Shown here piece by piece: positions 34,189-43,966 of a stretch of 64,000 nt of DNA (position 1 is its first letter; each line of letters opens with the position of its first letter). A program made the position numbers and the translations under genes. A model generated the notes under the pieces. That model was not told the DNA's origin. It saw only the letters and a program-made list of their open reading frames with translations, and did no database searches. Source of the DNA: an uncultured Alphaproteobacteria bacterium (GTDB taxonomy: Bacteria; Pseudomonadota; Alphaproteobacteria; Rhizobiales; Xanthobacteraceae); contig CAVYMZ010000023.1 of NCBI GenBank assembly GCA_963769705.1, positions 87,481-151,480 on the forward strand, in the 5' to 3' direction.

Positions 34189-35865
34189 GTGAACATTCTT
34201 GGAATCAACTCGGTGTATCACGAGTTAGCCGCCGCGCTGCTCGTCGACGGCGCGCTTGTCGCCGCCGTCGAGGAGGAACGGTTCAATCGTATCAAGCACG
34301 GTAAGTCGGCGGAGTTCGACAACCCACATCAATTCCCCGAGCGTGCGATCCGTTTCTGCTTGAACTATGCCGGGCTTACCGCCGGCGATATCGATCACGT
34401 GGCATATTCGTTCAACCCCCAGCTGCGCCGGGCGCAATATCGCGCCGAGTGGTGGGATCCGCGGCTTGAGGAGACTTTCCGGCTGCGGCTTGGTCAGGTG
34501 CGCGGTGTGGCCGATGAACTTTTTGGACGTCCGCTTCGGCAAAGATTTCATTTCGTGCCCCACCATATGGCACATGCCGCTTCGGCGTATTTCCCGTCAG
34601 GCTTCGATCGCGCGGCCATCCTCACCATCGATGGGATCGGCGAGATAGCCGCGTCTTCGCTGGCGAAGGCCGTTGGTACGCGTATCCAGCCCGTCGAAAC
34701 ATTCGACTATCCGCACACGCTTGGCTTCTTGTGGGAGGTGATGAGCACTCATCTTGGCTTCTCGCACTACGATGCTTCGAAGGTCATGGGCCTGGCAGCC
34801 TACGGCAATCCCGAGGTCTTCCGTCGCGAATTTCAGTCGGCACTGCGCGTCGGCGAGGAGGACTATGCGGTAGCCCCGGAGTTTCTTGGTTTTAATTCGG
34901 ACAATTTCGCCAGATTGGATGCCTTGCTCGGTCCGCCGCGGTACATGGATTCCGAAATTCTGCCGCGGCATGCCGATATCGCGGCGGCGCTGCAGGAGGC
35001 GACGAATGCGGCGGTCTTGGCCCTTGTGCGGCGCCTCAAACGCAAAGTTCCGCTCGACCATTTGTGCCTTGCCGGCGGCGTCGCGCTCAATTGTGTGACC
35101 AATGGGCTCGTCCGGCAATCGGGTGAGTTCTCGGATGTGTTCATACCCTCCGCGCCGCACGATGCAGGCACCGCGATCGGCGCCGCCTTTGTCGTGCATG
35201 GCGCAAAGCAGAAAAGCGCCCCTGAGCGAGGCAACTCCACGCCGTATCTGGGTCCCGCGTTCAACCGCCGCGAAATTCTGGCGGCGGTCAAGTCGGCCGG
35301 CCTCACGCCGCGGCGAAGCAAGTCGCCCGCGCGCGACGCTGCGGAGATGATCGCCGATGGCAAGATCGTCGCCTGGTTTCAGGGCCGCATGGAGTTCGGG
35401 CCCCGCGCGCTCGGCAACCGTTCGCTCCTCGCCGACCCGCGCCGGCCGGACATGCGCAATCTCCTCAATCAAAGGGTCAAGCACCGGGAGGACTTCCGGC
35501 CGTTTGCGCCGGGCGTCCTGGCCGAGCGCGCCGACGAATGGTTCGAGGTTGGCGCGCACTCGACCAGTCACGAGTTCATGCTATTTGCATGCGGGGTCAG
35601 GCCTGAGCGGCGGGATCGCATCCCTGCCGTCGTGCACAAGGATGGCAGTGCCCGGCTGCAGCTCGTACGCCGCGAATCAAATCCCCGCTTTCACGAGCTC
35701 ATATCCTGTTTCTTTGCGCGAACCGGCGTGCCGCTCGTCATCAATACGTCCTTCAACGACAGCGAGCCGATCGTTTGCACGCCCACCGATGCGATCGTGA
35801 CATTTCGCAAGTCCGGCATTGACGCGTTGTTTATGGACGATGTGTACCTGACGGCGCAGACCTGA
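34189..35865 (+). CDS. Carbamoyltransferase, NodU/CmcH/TobZ family
   Basis: AVEEERFNRIKH, HHMAHAASA, IDGIGE, KVMGLAAYG, AGGVALN, EFGPRALGNRS, RPFAP, NTSFN; GTG start after GGAGG. Confidence 0.9.
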   Translation: MNILGINSVYHELAAALLVDGALVAAVEEERFNRIKHGKSAEFDNPHQFPERAIRFCLNYAGLTAGDIDHVAYSFNPQLRRAQYRAEWWDPRLEETFRLRLGQVRGVADELFGRPLRQRFHFVPHHMAHAASAYFPSGFDRAAILTIDGIGEIAASSLAKAVGTRIQPVETFDYPHTLGFLWEVMSTHLGFSHYDASKVMGLAAYGNPEVFRREFQSALRVGEEDYAVAPEFLGFNSDNFARLDALLGPPRYMDSEILPRHADIAAALQEATNAAVLALVRRLKRKVPLDHLCLAGGVALNCVTNGLVRQSGEFSDVFIPSAPHDAGTAIGAAFVVHGAKQKSAPERGNSTPYLGPAFNRREILAAVKSAGLTPRRSKSPARDAAEMIADGKIVAWFQGRMEFGPRALGNRSLLADPRRPDMRNLLNQRVKHREDFRPFAPGVLAERADEWFEVGAHSTSHEFMLFACGVRPERRDRIPAVVHKDGSARLQLVRRESNPRFHELISCFFARTGVPLVINTSFNDSEPIVCTPTDAIVTFRKSGIDALFMDDVYLTAQT

Positions 35866-36064
35866 CCGCCTGGAGGTATCCGACGTCTGTAGGTTGGCAC
35901 GGCGCATCATTTCGCGATGCGGATTTTGATCGCCGTCGGGGCATGGCGGACATCGGTCAAGCGGCACCCATCAAGCCCAATTTGTAAGTGCGCGCCTAAC
36001 GTCGGTGGTTATCGGCCCCGGCGTTCGCCGGGACGGCGACGACAATGGTTAGCGCCGGATAGCG

Positions 36065-36988
36065 CTATGCAGTTTTGCGTTTCGGTCGGTCCAGCTCCCG
36101 CCCGGTTTGCAGCATCAAATTGCGCAGCCAGATCGAGCCGGGGTCGAACTGGGCTCGCGTCGGATAGAACATGAACTGTTCGTCGATGCCGGGATCGAGC
36201 GGCGGCGTCACCGCTCTCAGCGACAGCGGCTTTGCCAGTGCCGCGATCAGCCGGCCGGGGACGAAGGCGATGAGGTCGGTGCGCGCCACGATGTGCAGTG
36301 CCTCGATATAGCCGGGCACGACCAGCGCGATGCGCCGCTCGATCCCCTTGGCGCGCAGCCAGCCGTCGATCAGATCCTCGTTCTGGCCGCGAATGATGAC
36401 GGCGACGTGGCGAGCTTTCAGGAAGATTTCGCGCCGGGCGAGCCTGGCGCCGGCGGGATGGCCGCGCCGCACCGCGAGCGCGTCGCGGTCGGTGTAGAGA
36501 AGCTGGCGGTGAAAGCCCTTGAAGGCGTCGCCGATCGAGATCACGAGATCGATCGTGCGCGCGAACTCCGGGTTGAAGATCGCAGGTCCCCGCCACGGCA
36601 CGATGTCGAGCCGGACGTTGGGCGCGAGCCGTGCCAGCTTCTCCATCAGCGGCGGCATCAGCAGCTCCACCGCCAGGTCAGGCATCATCAGGCGGAACTG
36701 CCGCTCGCTGCTGGCGGCATCGAAATCGTCTGATATGAACAGACCGCGCACCTGGTCGAGCGCCTGCGCCAGCGGCCCGCGCAACGCCTGCGCCCGCGGC
36801 GTCAATTCCATCCGCGCACCGACGCGAACCAGGAGGGGATCGCCGAGCACCTCGCGCAGCCGCTGCAGCGCGTGGCTCGCGGCCGGCTGCGACAGCCCGA
36901 TCCGCATCGCGGCCCGGCTGACATTGGCTTCCTTCAGCAGCGCATCGAGCGCCACCAGCAGATTGAGATCGAGCGCGGCCAAATTCAT
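36065..36988 (-). CDS. LysR family regulator (NodD/LeuO-like subgroup)
   Basis: LDLNLLVALDALL..VSRAA..SQPAASHALQRLR..DPLLVR. Confidence 0.9.
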   Translation of the reverse strand: MNLAALDLNLLVALDALLKEANVSRAAMRIGLSQPAASHALQRLREVLGDPLLVRVGARMELTPRAQALRGPLAQALDQVRGLFISDDFDAASSERQFRLMMPDLAVELLMPPLMEKLARLAPNVRLDIVPWRGPAIFNPEFARTIDLVISIGDAFKGFHRQLLYTDRDALAVRRGHPAGARLARREIFLKARHVAVIIRGQNEDLIDGWLRAKGIERRIALVVPGYIEALHIVARTDLIAFVPGRLIAALAKPLSLRAVTPPLDPGIDEQFMFYPTRAQFDPGSIWLRNLMLQTGRELDRPKRKTA

Positions 36989-37083
36989 CGTGAGAATATA
37001 CATCATATTGACTATCGATTGGAAGAATGATGCTCGGACGACGATGATGGGCGCCATCGGATTGATCGATGGAGAATTCCAGC

Positions 37084-37527
37084 ATGAGCGCCGCTGAGAA
37101 CAAGAAACTGATGCAGGAGATTTTCGCCAGCGCGGGAAACCCGGATCCCGCGGCGCGCGACCGCGCGCTGTTCGTCGCGAGCCTCGCCGACGATGCCAAA
37201 TGGGTGGTGACCGGGCAGTATTCGTGGTCGCGCACCTTCACCGGCAAGCAAGCGATCCTGAACGATCTGCACGGCCACGTCCGTTCGCTGCTGGTTGAGC
37301 GGGCGCGGACGATAGCGCATCGTTTCATTGCCGAGGGCGACCACGTGGTGGTTGAGGCGCGGGGCGACAACGTCGCCAGGACGGGAATCCGCTACGACAA
37401 TGATTATTGCCTGGTGTTCCGGCTGGAGCACGGAAAGATCAAGGAGGTCAGGGAATATTGCGACTCGGTGCTGACCGAAAGGGCGCTGGGGCGGTTTCCC
37501 GAATCGGAAAGGCTCGCCACGGGCTGA
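37084..37527 (+). CDS. SnoaL-like / NTF2 family protein
   Basis: IAEGDHVVVE..YDNDYCLVFRLEHGKIKEVREYCD; divergent from the LysR gene. Confidence 0.85.
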   Translation: MSAAENKKLMQEIFASAGNPDPAARDRALFVASLADDAKWVVTGQYSWSRTFTGKQAILNDLHGHVRSLLVERARTIAHRFIAEGDHVVVEARGDNVARTGIRYDNDYCLVFRLEHGKIKEVREYCDSVLTERALGRFPESERLATG

Positions 37528-37538
37528 GACTTCTTATC

Positions 37539-37733
37539 GTTGTTCCGGGGCGCGCGTTAGCGCGAACTATGATGTGCAATTGCACATCCGAGAATCTCGT
37601 AGAGTCCGGTTCTTCTCCCCTCCCGACCCCGCCACGCGCCAGGGGCGCGGGGAGAAGAGCGCGGAAACTTAAAATTTCCCGACACAGATGCGCAATGCGC
37701 ATCTGTAGTCGGTTCTTCGGATCACCCGGAATC
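37539..37733. repeat. Composite repeat: family A ends enclosing a family B-like hairpin
   Basis: TTCCGGGGCG and GATGTGCAATTGCACATC, then TCTTCTCCCC...GGGGAGAAGA, then GATGCGCAATGCGCATC and CCCGGAAT. Confidence 0.65.
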
Positions 37734-37745
37734 GAGGGGTGTGGT

Positions 37746-38432
37746 CTACGCCGCCTTGGTCTTGAGGTGGCCGAACATGATGTGGCGCGCCTCGTCGTCC
37801 ATGTCGGTCTTGAAGGTGAACTTGTCCTTCAGCGCGATCGCCCGCGCCGCCGCCGGCCGTGCGGCGACTTCATCCAGCAGGCGCTTGACGTTTGGATATT
37901 TGGCGAATGCGTCGTCGCCGAGCACGAACGGCGCCATCCGCGCCCAGCCCCAGAACGCCATGTCGACGATGGTATAGGTGTCGCCGACCATGTAGCGGCT
38001 GTTGGCCAGATGATCGTTGAGAATGCCGTAATGGCGATGGGCTTCGAACTGGTAGCGGTTGTGCGCATATTCCAGCTCCTTCGGCGCGAAGTGCTTGAAA
38101 TGCACGGCCTGGCCCGAATACGGCCCGATGCCGCTGGCGACGAACATCAGCCATGACAGCAATTGCGCGCGGTTCTTCGGCGTGTTGGGCGGCAAGAACT
38201 TGCCGGTCTTTTCCGCGAGGTAGAGCAGGATCGCGTTGCTATCGAACACGAACACGCCGTCATCGTCGATCGCCGGCACTTTGCCGTTCGGATTTACTTT
38301 AAGGAATTCCGGCTTGAACTGGTCGCCCTTGCGGGTATCGACCGGCACCGGCTCGAACGGCAGCCCGGACTCTTCCAGAAACAGCGCAACCTTGTTCGGG
38401 TTCGGGGCTCCGTTGAAGTAGAATTTAAGCAT
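37746..38432 (-). CDS. Glutathione S-transferase family protein
   Basis: PNPNKV, NPNGKVPAI, FDSNAILLYLAEK. Confidence 0.92.
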   Translation of the reverse strand: MLKFYFNGAPNPNKVALFLEESGLPFEPVPVDTRKGDQFKPEFLKVNPNGKVPAIDDDGVFVFDSNAILLYLAEKTGKFLPPNTPKNRAQLLSWLMFVASGIGPYSGQAVHFKHFAPKELEYAHNRYQFEAHRHYGILNDHLANSRYMVGDTYTIVDMAFWGWARMAPFVLGDDAFAKYPNVKRLLDEVAARPAAARAIALKDKFTFKTDMDDEARHIMFGHLKTKAA

Positions 38433-38579
38433 TCAAATCTTCCTCTGCCTCTGTTGTCGCCTTCAAGAAGACGGCGCGCGGCGCCAATGCCACGATCACC
38501 TGTCCATGCTCAAATTTTTGCAGGCAGCGCAACCGACGAGTTCGTGAGTTCGTAGGGCGAATTGGAGCCGAAGGCGTTG

Positions 38580-39080
38580 CGCCGTTTGCCTGACAGGCAA
38601 ATCACTGATTGCCCTGTCCAGCCCCGTTCGCAAAAATATTCCGGTTTTCCGACGACCCAAATCACTTCTATATCCGCCGCTGTCTCGTCCCATCAGAGGG
38701 GCGCTCGCGATCGTCACGGACGTGGGGCGGGATGCGGTGGACGCGTTGGCGCTCTTGACGAACGGCGTCGGATGCGGACGGCGAAGTCGTGTGGTCCTGA
38801 TGCCCCGACGCTGGCATCAAGTTCGCGGAATTATCCGTGGGCGAGGGTGGCAAGAAAGCCCGGTCACCCGGGAGAGCGCGAAGTAAGTCGTAACACTATC
38901 GCGCAGGGAAGGCCGGATTGCCTCCGCTGAACCTGTATGCTCGTGTGCGTTTTTCTATGTGCATCTTGCACACGAGACCTCGGGTGCAGCGCGCACCCGG
39001 CTTTCCCTGCGCCCTCTGATCTCACGAGGGCGGAACGAGCAGGACAAACCTCGCGCGAAACCCGCGGCGAGATCGCGAAA
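38580..39080 (+). ncRNA. Putative large structured non-coding RNA / repeated intergenic element
   Basis: No credible protein; long-range pairings 38692-38704/39009-39020 and 38901-38916/38997-39012 plus several local hairpins; strand is uncertain. Confidence 0.45.
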
Positions 39081-39108
39081 CTGTGTCAGGCGCAGCATCC
39101 TCTCCGTC

Positions 39109-39230
39109 GTCGTCCCCGCGAAAGCGGGGACCCATAACCATAGGAAGCGATTGTTGCGCGAAAGCCGTCGAGCAGCGTTTTTTCACCACCGGCGACACGG
39201 CGTATGGGTCCCCGCTTTCGCGGGGACGAC
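39109..39230. repeat. REP-like inverted repeat pair, family C
   Basis: GTCGTCCCCGCGAAAGCGGGGACCCATA ... TATGGGTCCCCGCTTTCGCGGGGACGAC (perfect 28 bp inverted repeat); degenerate copy near 16968. Confidence 0.85.
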
Positions 39231-39258
39231 ATCGTTGACTAACGATTTCCTTAAAGCC

Positions 39259-40410
<1,152 letters not shown>

Positions 40411-40473
40411 TCAGGCGACGCTGTCGGCGACGCGGGACCAAACAACCGACTGGCGGTACATTGACGAGGCAAA

Positions 40474-40489
40474 GTAAAAATCGACTTAA
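40474..40489 (-). promoter_or_regulatory. Putative CtrA box upstream of ccrM
   Basis: Minus strand TTAA-GTCGATT-TTTAC, one mismatch to TTAA-N7-TTAAC. Confidence 0.6.
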
Positions 40490-40621
40490 CCCGGTAATTC
40501 TTTCTCGCTAGGCAATTTTTGCCGGGCGGGCTATTGATTAATCGGATGGAAATTTTACGTGACTGCCGCATCGGGTACCGGCGATTGTGTCGCCGCCGGA
40601 GTGGAATGAGGACAATGCGCC

Positions 40622-41551
40622 ATGCGTTACGATGACTTCCGTCGCAGCGACGATATCGAAGACCGTCGCGATGACAGCGGCGGCGGAATGGGTGGCGGTG
40701 GCTTCGGTCTTCCCATGGGCGGCGGCGGGCTCGGCATCGGCACCATCATCGTGCTCGGGCTCATCGGCTACGCGTTCGGTATCGACCCGCGCATCCTGAT
40801 CGGCGGCGCAGAAATGATGAACCGCGGTCAGGTGCCGAGCTATCAAACCGATCGCAGGTCCGGCCCGGTCAAGACCGGCGCGCCGACCGACGAGATGGGC
40901 AGCATGATCTCGGGCATCCTCGGCGAAATCGACGACCGCTGGAGCGAAATCTTCCGGGCCTCGGGGCAGTCCTATACGGGCCCGAAAATCGTGTTGTTCC
41001 GCAACGCCACCAATGGCGGGCGCTGCGGCATGGCGCAATCGGCGATGGGTCCGTTCTACTGCCCGCCGGACCGACAGATCTTTCTCGACACCGGATTTTT
41101 CCGTCAGGTCGAGACTCGCTTTCATGGCTGCGCGGGCAATGCCTGCAAATTTACCGCGGCCTATATCATTGCTCATGAAGCGGGGCATCACATCCAGAAC
41201 CTGCTCGGCATCCTGCCGCGGGTGACGCGGCTGCAGCAGCAGGCCGGCAGCAAGGCCGAATCCAACGCGCTGCAGGTCAGGGTCGAGTTGCAGGCGGACT
41301 GCCTGTCGGGCGTCTGGGTCAATCGCGAGGCGAAGAAGCGGCCGAACTTCCTCGAGGCCGGCGACATCGATGCGGCGCTGACGACGGCCTCCGCGATCGG
41401 CGACGACACGCTGCAGCGGCAGGCGACCGGACGGGTAGTGCCGGACTCCTTCACTCATGGCTCCGCCGCGCAACGCAAGCAGTGGTTCATGACCGGCTAC
41501 CAGCAAGGCACGGTGCAAGCCTGCAACACGTTCGGCGGGCGGACGCAGTAA
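40622..41551 (+). CDS. Neutral zinc metallopeptidase (YpfJ-like)
   Basis: IEDRR, GPFYCPPD, AHEAGHHIQ, ELQADC, DSFTHGS. Confidence 0.9.
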   Translation: MRYDDFRRSDDIEDRRDDSGGGMGGGGFGLPMGGGGLGIGTIIVLGLIGYAFGIDPRILIGGAEMMNRGQVPSYQTDRRSGPVKTGAPTDEMGSMISGILGEIDDRWSEIFRASGQSYTGPKIVLFRNATNGGRCGMAQSAMGPFYCPPDRQIFLDTGFFRQVETRFHGCAGNACKFTAAYIIAHEAGHHIQNLLGILPRVTRLQQQAGSKAESNALQVRVELQADCLSGVWVNREAKKRPNFLEAGDIDAALTTASAIGDDTLQRQATGRVVPDSFTHGSAAQRKQWFMTGYQQGTVQACNTFGGRTQ

Positions 41552-41560
41552 CGGATCGGC

Positions 41561-41625
41561 GTCATTCCGGGGCGCGTGGCGCGCGCACGAGCCTATCTCG
41601 GTGTCGTATTCGCGAGATTCCGGAT
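41561..41625. repeat. Degenerate family A repeat
   Basis: GTCATTCCGGGGCG..GAGATTCCGG. Confidence 0.5.
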
Positions 41626-41672
41626 CAGACAGCTTCGCTGCCGGTCCGGAACGACAGAAACAAGGGATCGCA

Positions 41673-42236
41673 ATGTCTTCCACTGACGAATCCAAAAAAT
41701 TCATTCCGCTCAACATCGCGGTGCTGACGATTTCGGACACGCGCACGCTTGCGGACGACAAATCCGGAACCACGTTGGCGGAGCGGCTCACCGCGGCCGG
41801 TCATCGTCTCGCCGCGCGCGAGATCGTCACCGACGACGTCGAGGCGATTCGCGGCATGGTCAGGCGATGGATCGCCGACGCGGGCGTCGATGTCATCGTC
41901 ACCACCGGCGGCACCGGCTTTACCGGCCGCGACGTCACGCCCGAGGCGGTCGAACCCTTGTTCGAGAAGCGGATGGATGGCTTCTCGATCGCTTTCCACA
42001 TGCTGAGCCATGCCAAGATCGGGACCTCGACGATCCAGAGCCGCGCCACCGCGGGCGTCGCCGGCGCCACGTATATCTTTTGCCTGCCGGGATCGCCCGG
42101 CGCCTGCCGCGACGCCTGGGACGGCATTCTCGCAGCCCAGCTCGATTACCGCACGCGGCCCTGCAATTTTGTCGAGATCATGCCGCGGCTCGATGAACAT
42201 CTGCGCCGCCCGAAGGCGCAGGGGGCGACGGCTTGA
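41673..42236 (+). CDS. moaB: Molybdenum cofactor biosynthesis protein B
   Basis: LTISDTR..DKSG, TGGTGFTGRDVTPEA, LPGSPGAC, RPCNF. Confidence 0.93.
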   Translation: MSSTDESKKFIPLNIAVLTISDTRTLADDKSGTTLAERLTAAGHRLAAREIVTDDVEAIRGMVRRWIADAGVDVIVTTGGTGFTGRDVTPEAVEPLFEKRMDGFSIAFHMLSHAKIGTSTIQSRATAGVAGATYIFCLPGSPGACRDAWDGILAAQLDYRTRPCNFVEIMPRLDEHLRRPKAQGATA

Positions 42237-42248
42237 CAGCCATCGATG

Positions 42249-43178
42249 TCACAGCTTGAGCTCCCAGGTTTCGCCGATCAGGCTTTGGCCGAAACTGCGG
42301 TGCGGCTCGCTGGCGACCCGTTCGAAGCCGGCTTGCTGATAGATGCTGCGCGCGGCCAGCAGAATGCTCTGGGTCCACAGCGTGATCTTGCGATAGCCGC
42401 AGGCTTGTGCGAACGCGATGCATTCGGCAACCAGCCGCCGTCCCAATCCCTGGCCGCGCCCGGCCGGATCGACCAGCAGCAATCGCAGCTTGGCGACGTC
42501 GTCGGTATGCCTGACCAGAAATACCGATCCGACCTGGGCGCCATCGATATCGGCGATCCAGCAGCGCTCGCGCGAGGGGTCGAAGGCGGCAAGGAATTTG
42601 GCGGCGATCTCCGCGACCAAGGCTTCGAAGGAGGCGTCGAAGCCATATTCGCCGGCATAGAGCGCGCCATGGCTCTGCACCACCCAACCCATGTCGCCCG
42701 GGCGAGGATCGCGCAGGATCGCGGTCGGCGGGGGGCTCGGCGATGCGCCGAGCAGCCGCTCGATCACGGTCATCGCCTCGATCAGGCGCGGGACACCGCC
42801 GCGCGGCAGCGCAGCGAGCATGGCCGCGACATCGTCCTGCGAACTGCGCTCGAGCTTGGCGAAGGCCTGACGGCCCTTTGCCGTCAGGCTGAGCCGGTAT
42901 TGCCGCCGGTCCGAAGCCAGCGGTTTGCGGGTGATCAGCCCGTCCTCGTCGAATTTCTGGACGATCCGGCTGAGGTAGCCGGGATCGAGGCCAAGCCCGA
43001 TTCCGATCTCCTTGGCGGCCGCGTTCTCCCGGTGCGCCACTTCGTACAGCACGCGCGCCTCGCTCAGCGAGAACGGAGTTTTCAAAAGCTGCTGGTCGAG
43101 AACGCCGAGCTTGCGGGTGTAGAAGCGGTTGAAGGCGCGCACCGCCGATATCTGAGCGCCGGAATCCGTTTGAGACAT
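42249..43178 (-). CDS. Bifunctional MarR HTH / GNAT acetyltransferase
   Basis: VRAFNRFYT..SEARVLYE..LDPGYLSR, then AKLRLLLV..RGQGLG..LWT. Confidence 0.9.
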   Translation of the reverse strand: MSQTDSGAQISAVRAFNRFYTRKLGVLDQQLLKTPFSLSEARVLYEVAHRENAAAKEIGIGLGLDPGYLSRIVQKFDEDGLITRKPLASDRRQYRLSLTAKGRQAFAKLERSSQDDVAAMLAALPRGGVPRLIEAMTVIERLLGASPSPPPTAILRDPRPGDMGWVVQSHGALYAGEYGFDASFEALVAEIAAKFLAAFDPSRERCWIADIDGAQVGSVFLVRHTDDVAKLRLLLVDPAGRGQGLGRRLVAECIAFAQACGYRKITLWTQSILLAARSIYQQAGFERVASEPHRSFGQSLIGETWELKL

Positions 43179-43193
43179 GGCCCACCTCGATAG

Positions 43194-43227
43194 TTGCCAT
43201 TGTCAAACAATTGTTTGACTTTGGCAA
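43194..43227. promoter_or_regulatory. Palindromic operator upstream of the MarR-GNAT gene
   Basis: TTGCCA-TT-GTCAAACAATTGTTTGAC-TT-TGGCAA, with a perfect 18 bp core palindrome. Confidence 0.7.
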
Positions 43228-43242
43228 GTAACTTTGGCTGGG

Positions 43243-43815
43243 CTAGGCTACGGTGATGATCCGGCTGCGCAGCAGGATGCGCGAGGAGCGGCCGAGCTGC
43301 CGGAGCAGCCTGGCCTCGGAATGGCGGGCGTCCGGCGCGTGGCCGCCGATCCGCTCGTAATGGTCGCGCGCGATCAAAAGTCCCTGGTCCGCCGCCGGCC
43401 CGCTGATCATCCGGGCGATGAATTTGAGACCGTCGCTCAGGCCGGTGTCGGCATAGGGCGAGCGGGCGTAACGGAAGATGCCTGCGCGGGGCCGCCCGCT
43501 GTCGGAGACCCGCTGGATGAATTGCGTGGTCTCCTCGATCCAGCCGGAGTCCAGCACCGCGCCGGCATGCAGGAACATCAGCCAGGGCGAGCGGGCCTGC
43601 CGCGCGCCCGCCGCCAGCGCCGCCGCGCGGGAACCTTCGACCGGCAAGAAGCGGCAGCCTGCGACATCGGCGACCCGCTCGATCACGCCGGTACCGGCCC
43701 GGTCGACCAGGAGAACCTCCTTGATCACGCCCGCGGCGGCGCCCGGCACCAGCGCGGCGAGGGTGGCGACGGCAGGCTGTTCGACGCCTTCAGTGGGAAT
43801 AATGACGCTCAGCAT
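43243..43815 (-). CDS. Glycosyltransferase family 2-like protein
   Basis: MLSVIIPT, WLMFLHA, DQGLLI. Confidence 0.8.
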   Translation of the reverse strand: MLSVIIPTEGVEQPAVATLAALVPGAAAGVIKEVLLVDRAGTGVIERVADVAGCRFLPVEGSRAAALAAGARQARSPWLMFLHAGAVLDSGWIEETTQFIQRVSDSGRPRAGIFRYARSPYADTGLSDGLKFIARMISGPAADQGLLIARDHYERIGGHAPDARHSEARLLRQLGRSSRILLRSRIITVA

Positions 43816-43966
43816 GGATGACGCTTCGCTGGCTCAAACGTTAAAAACGCCGCACTGTTATCACTTTGTCACAGTCAAAGCAGCCCGCCGAATGCAGCTT
43901 TTTGCGGCAATGGGAGGGCGGACGAGCGGCGCGGGGCTGCTCCGCTGCGGATCGGGGTAATTCCGG

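Noticed and set aside
35895-35915. Sigma-54 promoter (TGGCAC)
   Set aside because: No TTGC -12 element at the required spacing
34000-37060. Nodulation locus (nodU plus nodD-like LysR)
   Set aside because: No nod box or nodABC genes seen; both families have many non-nod members
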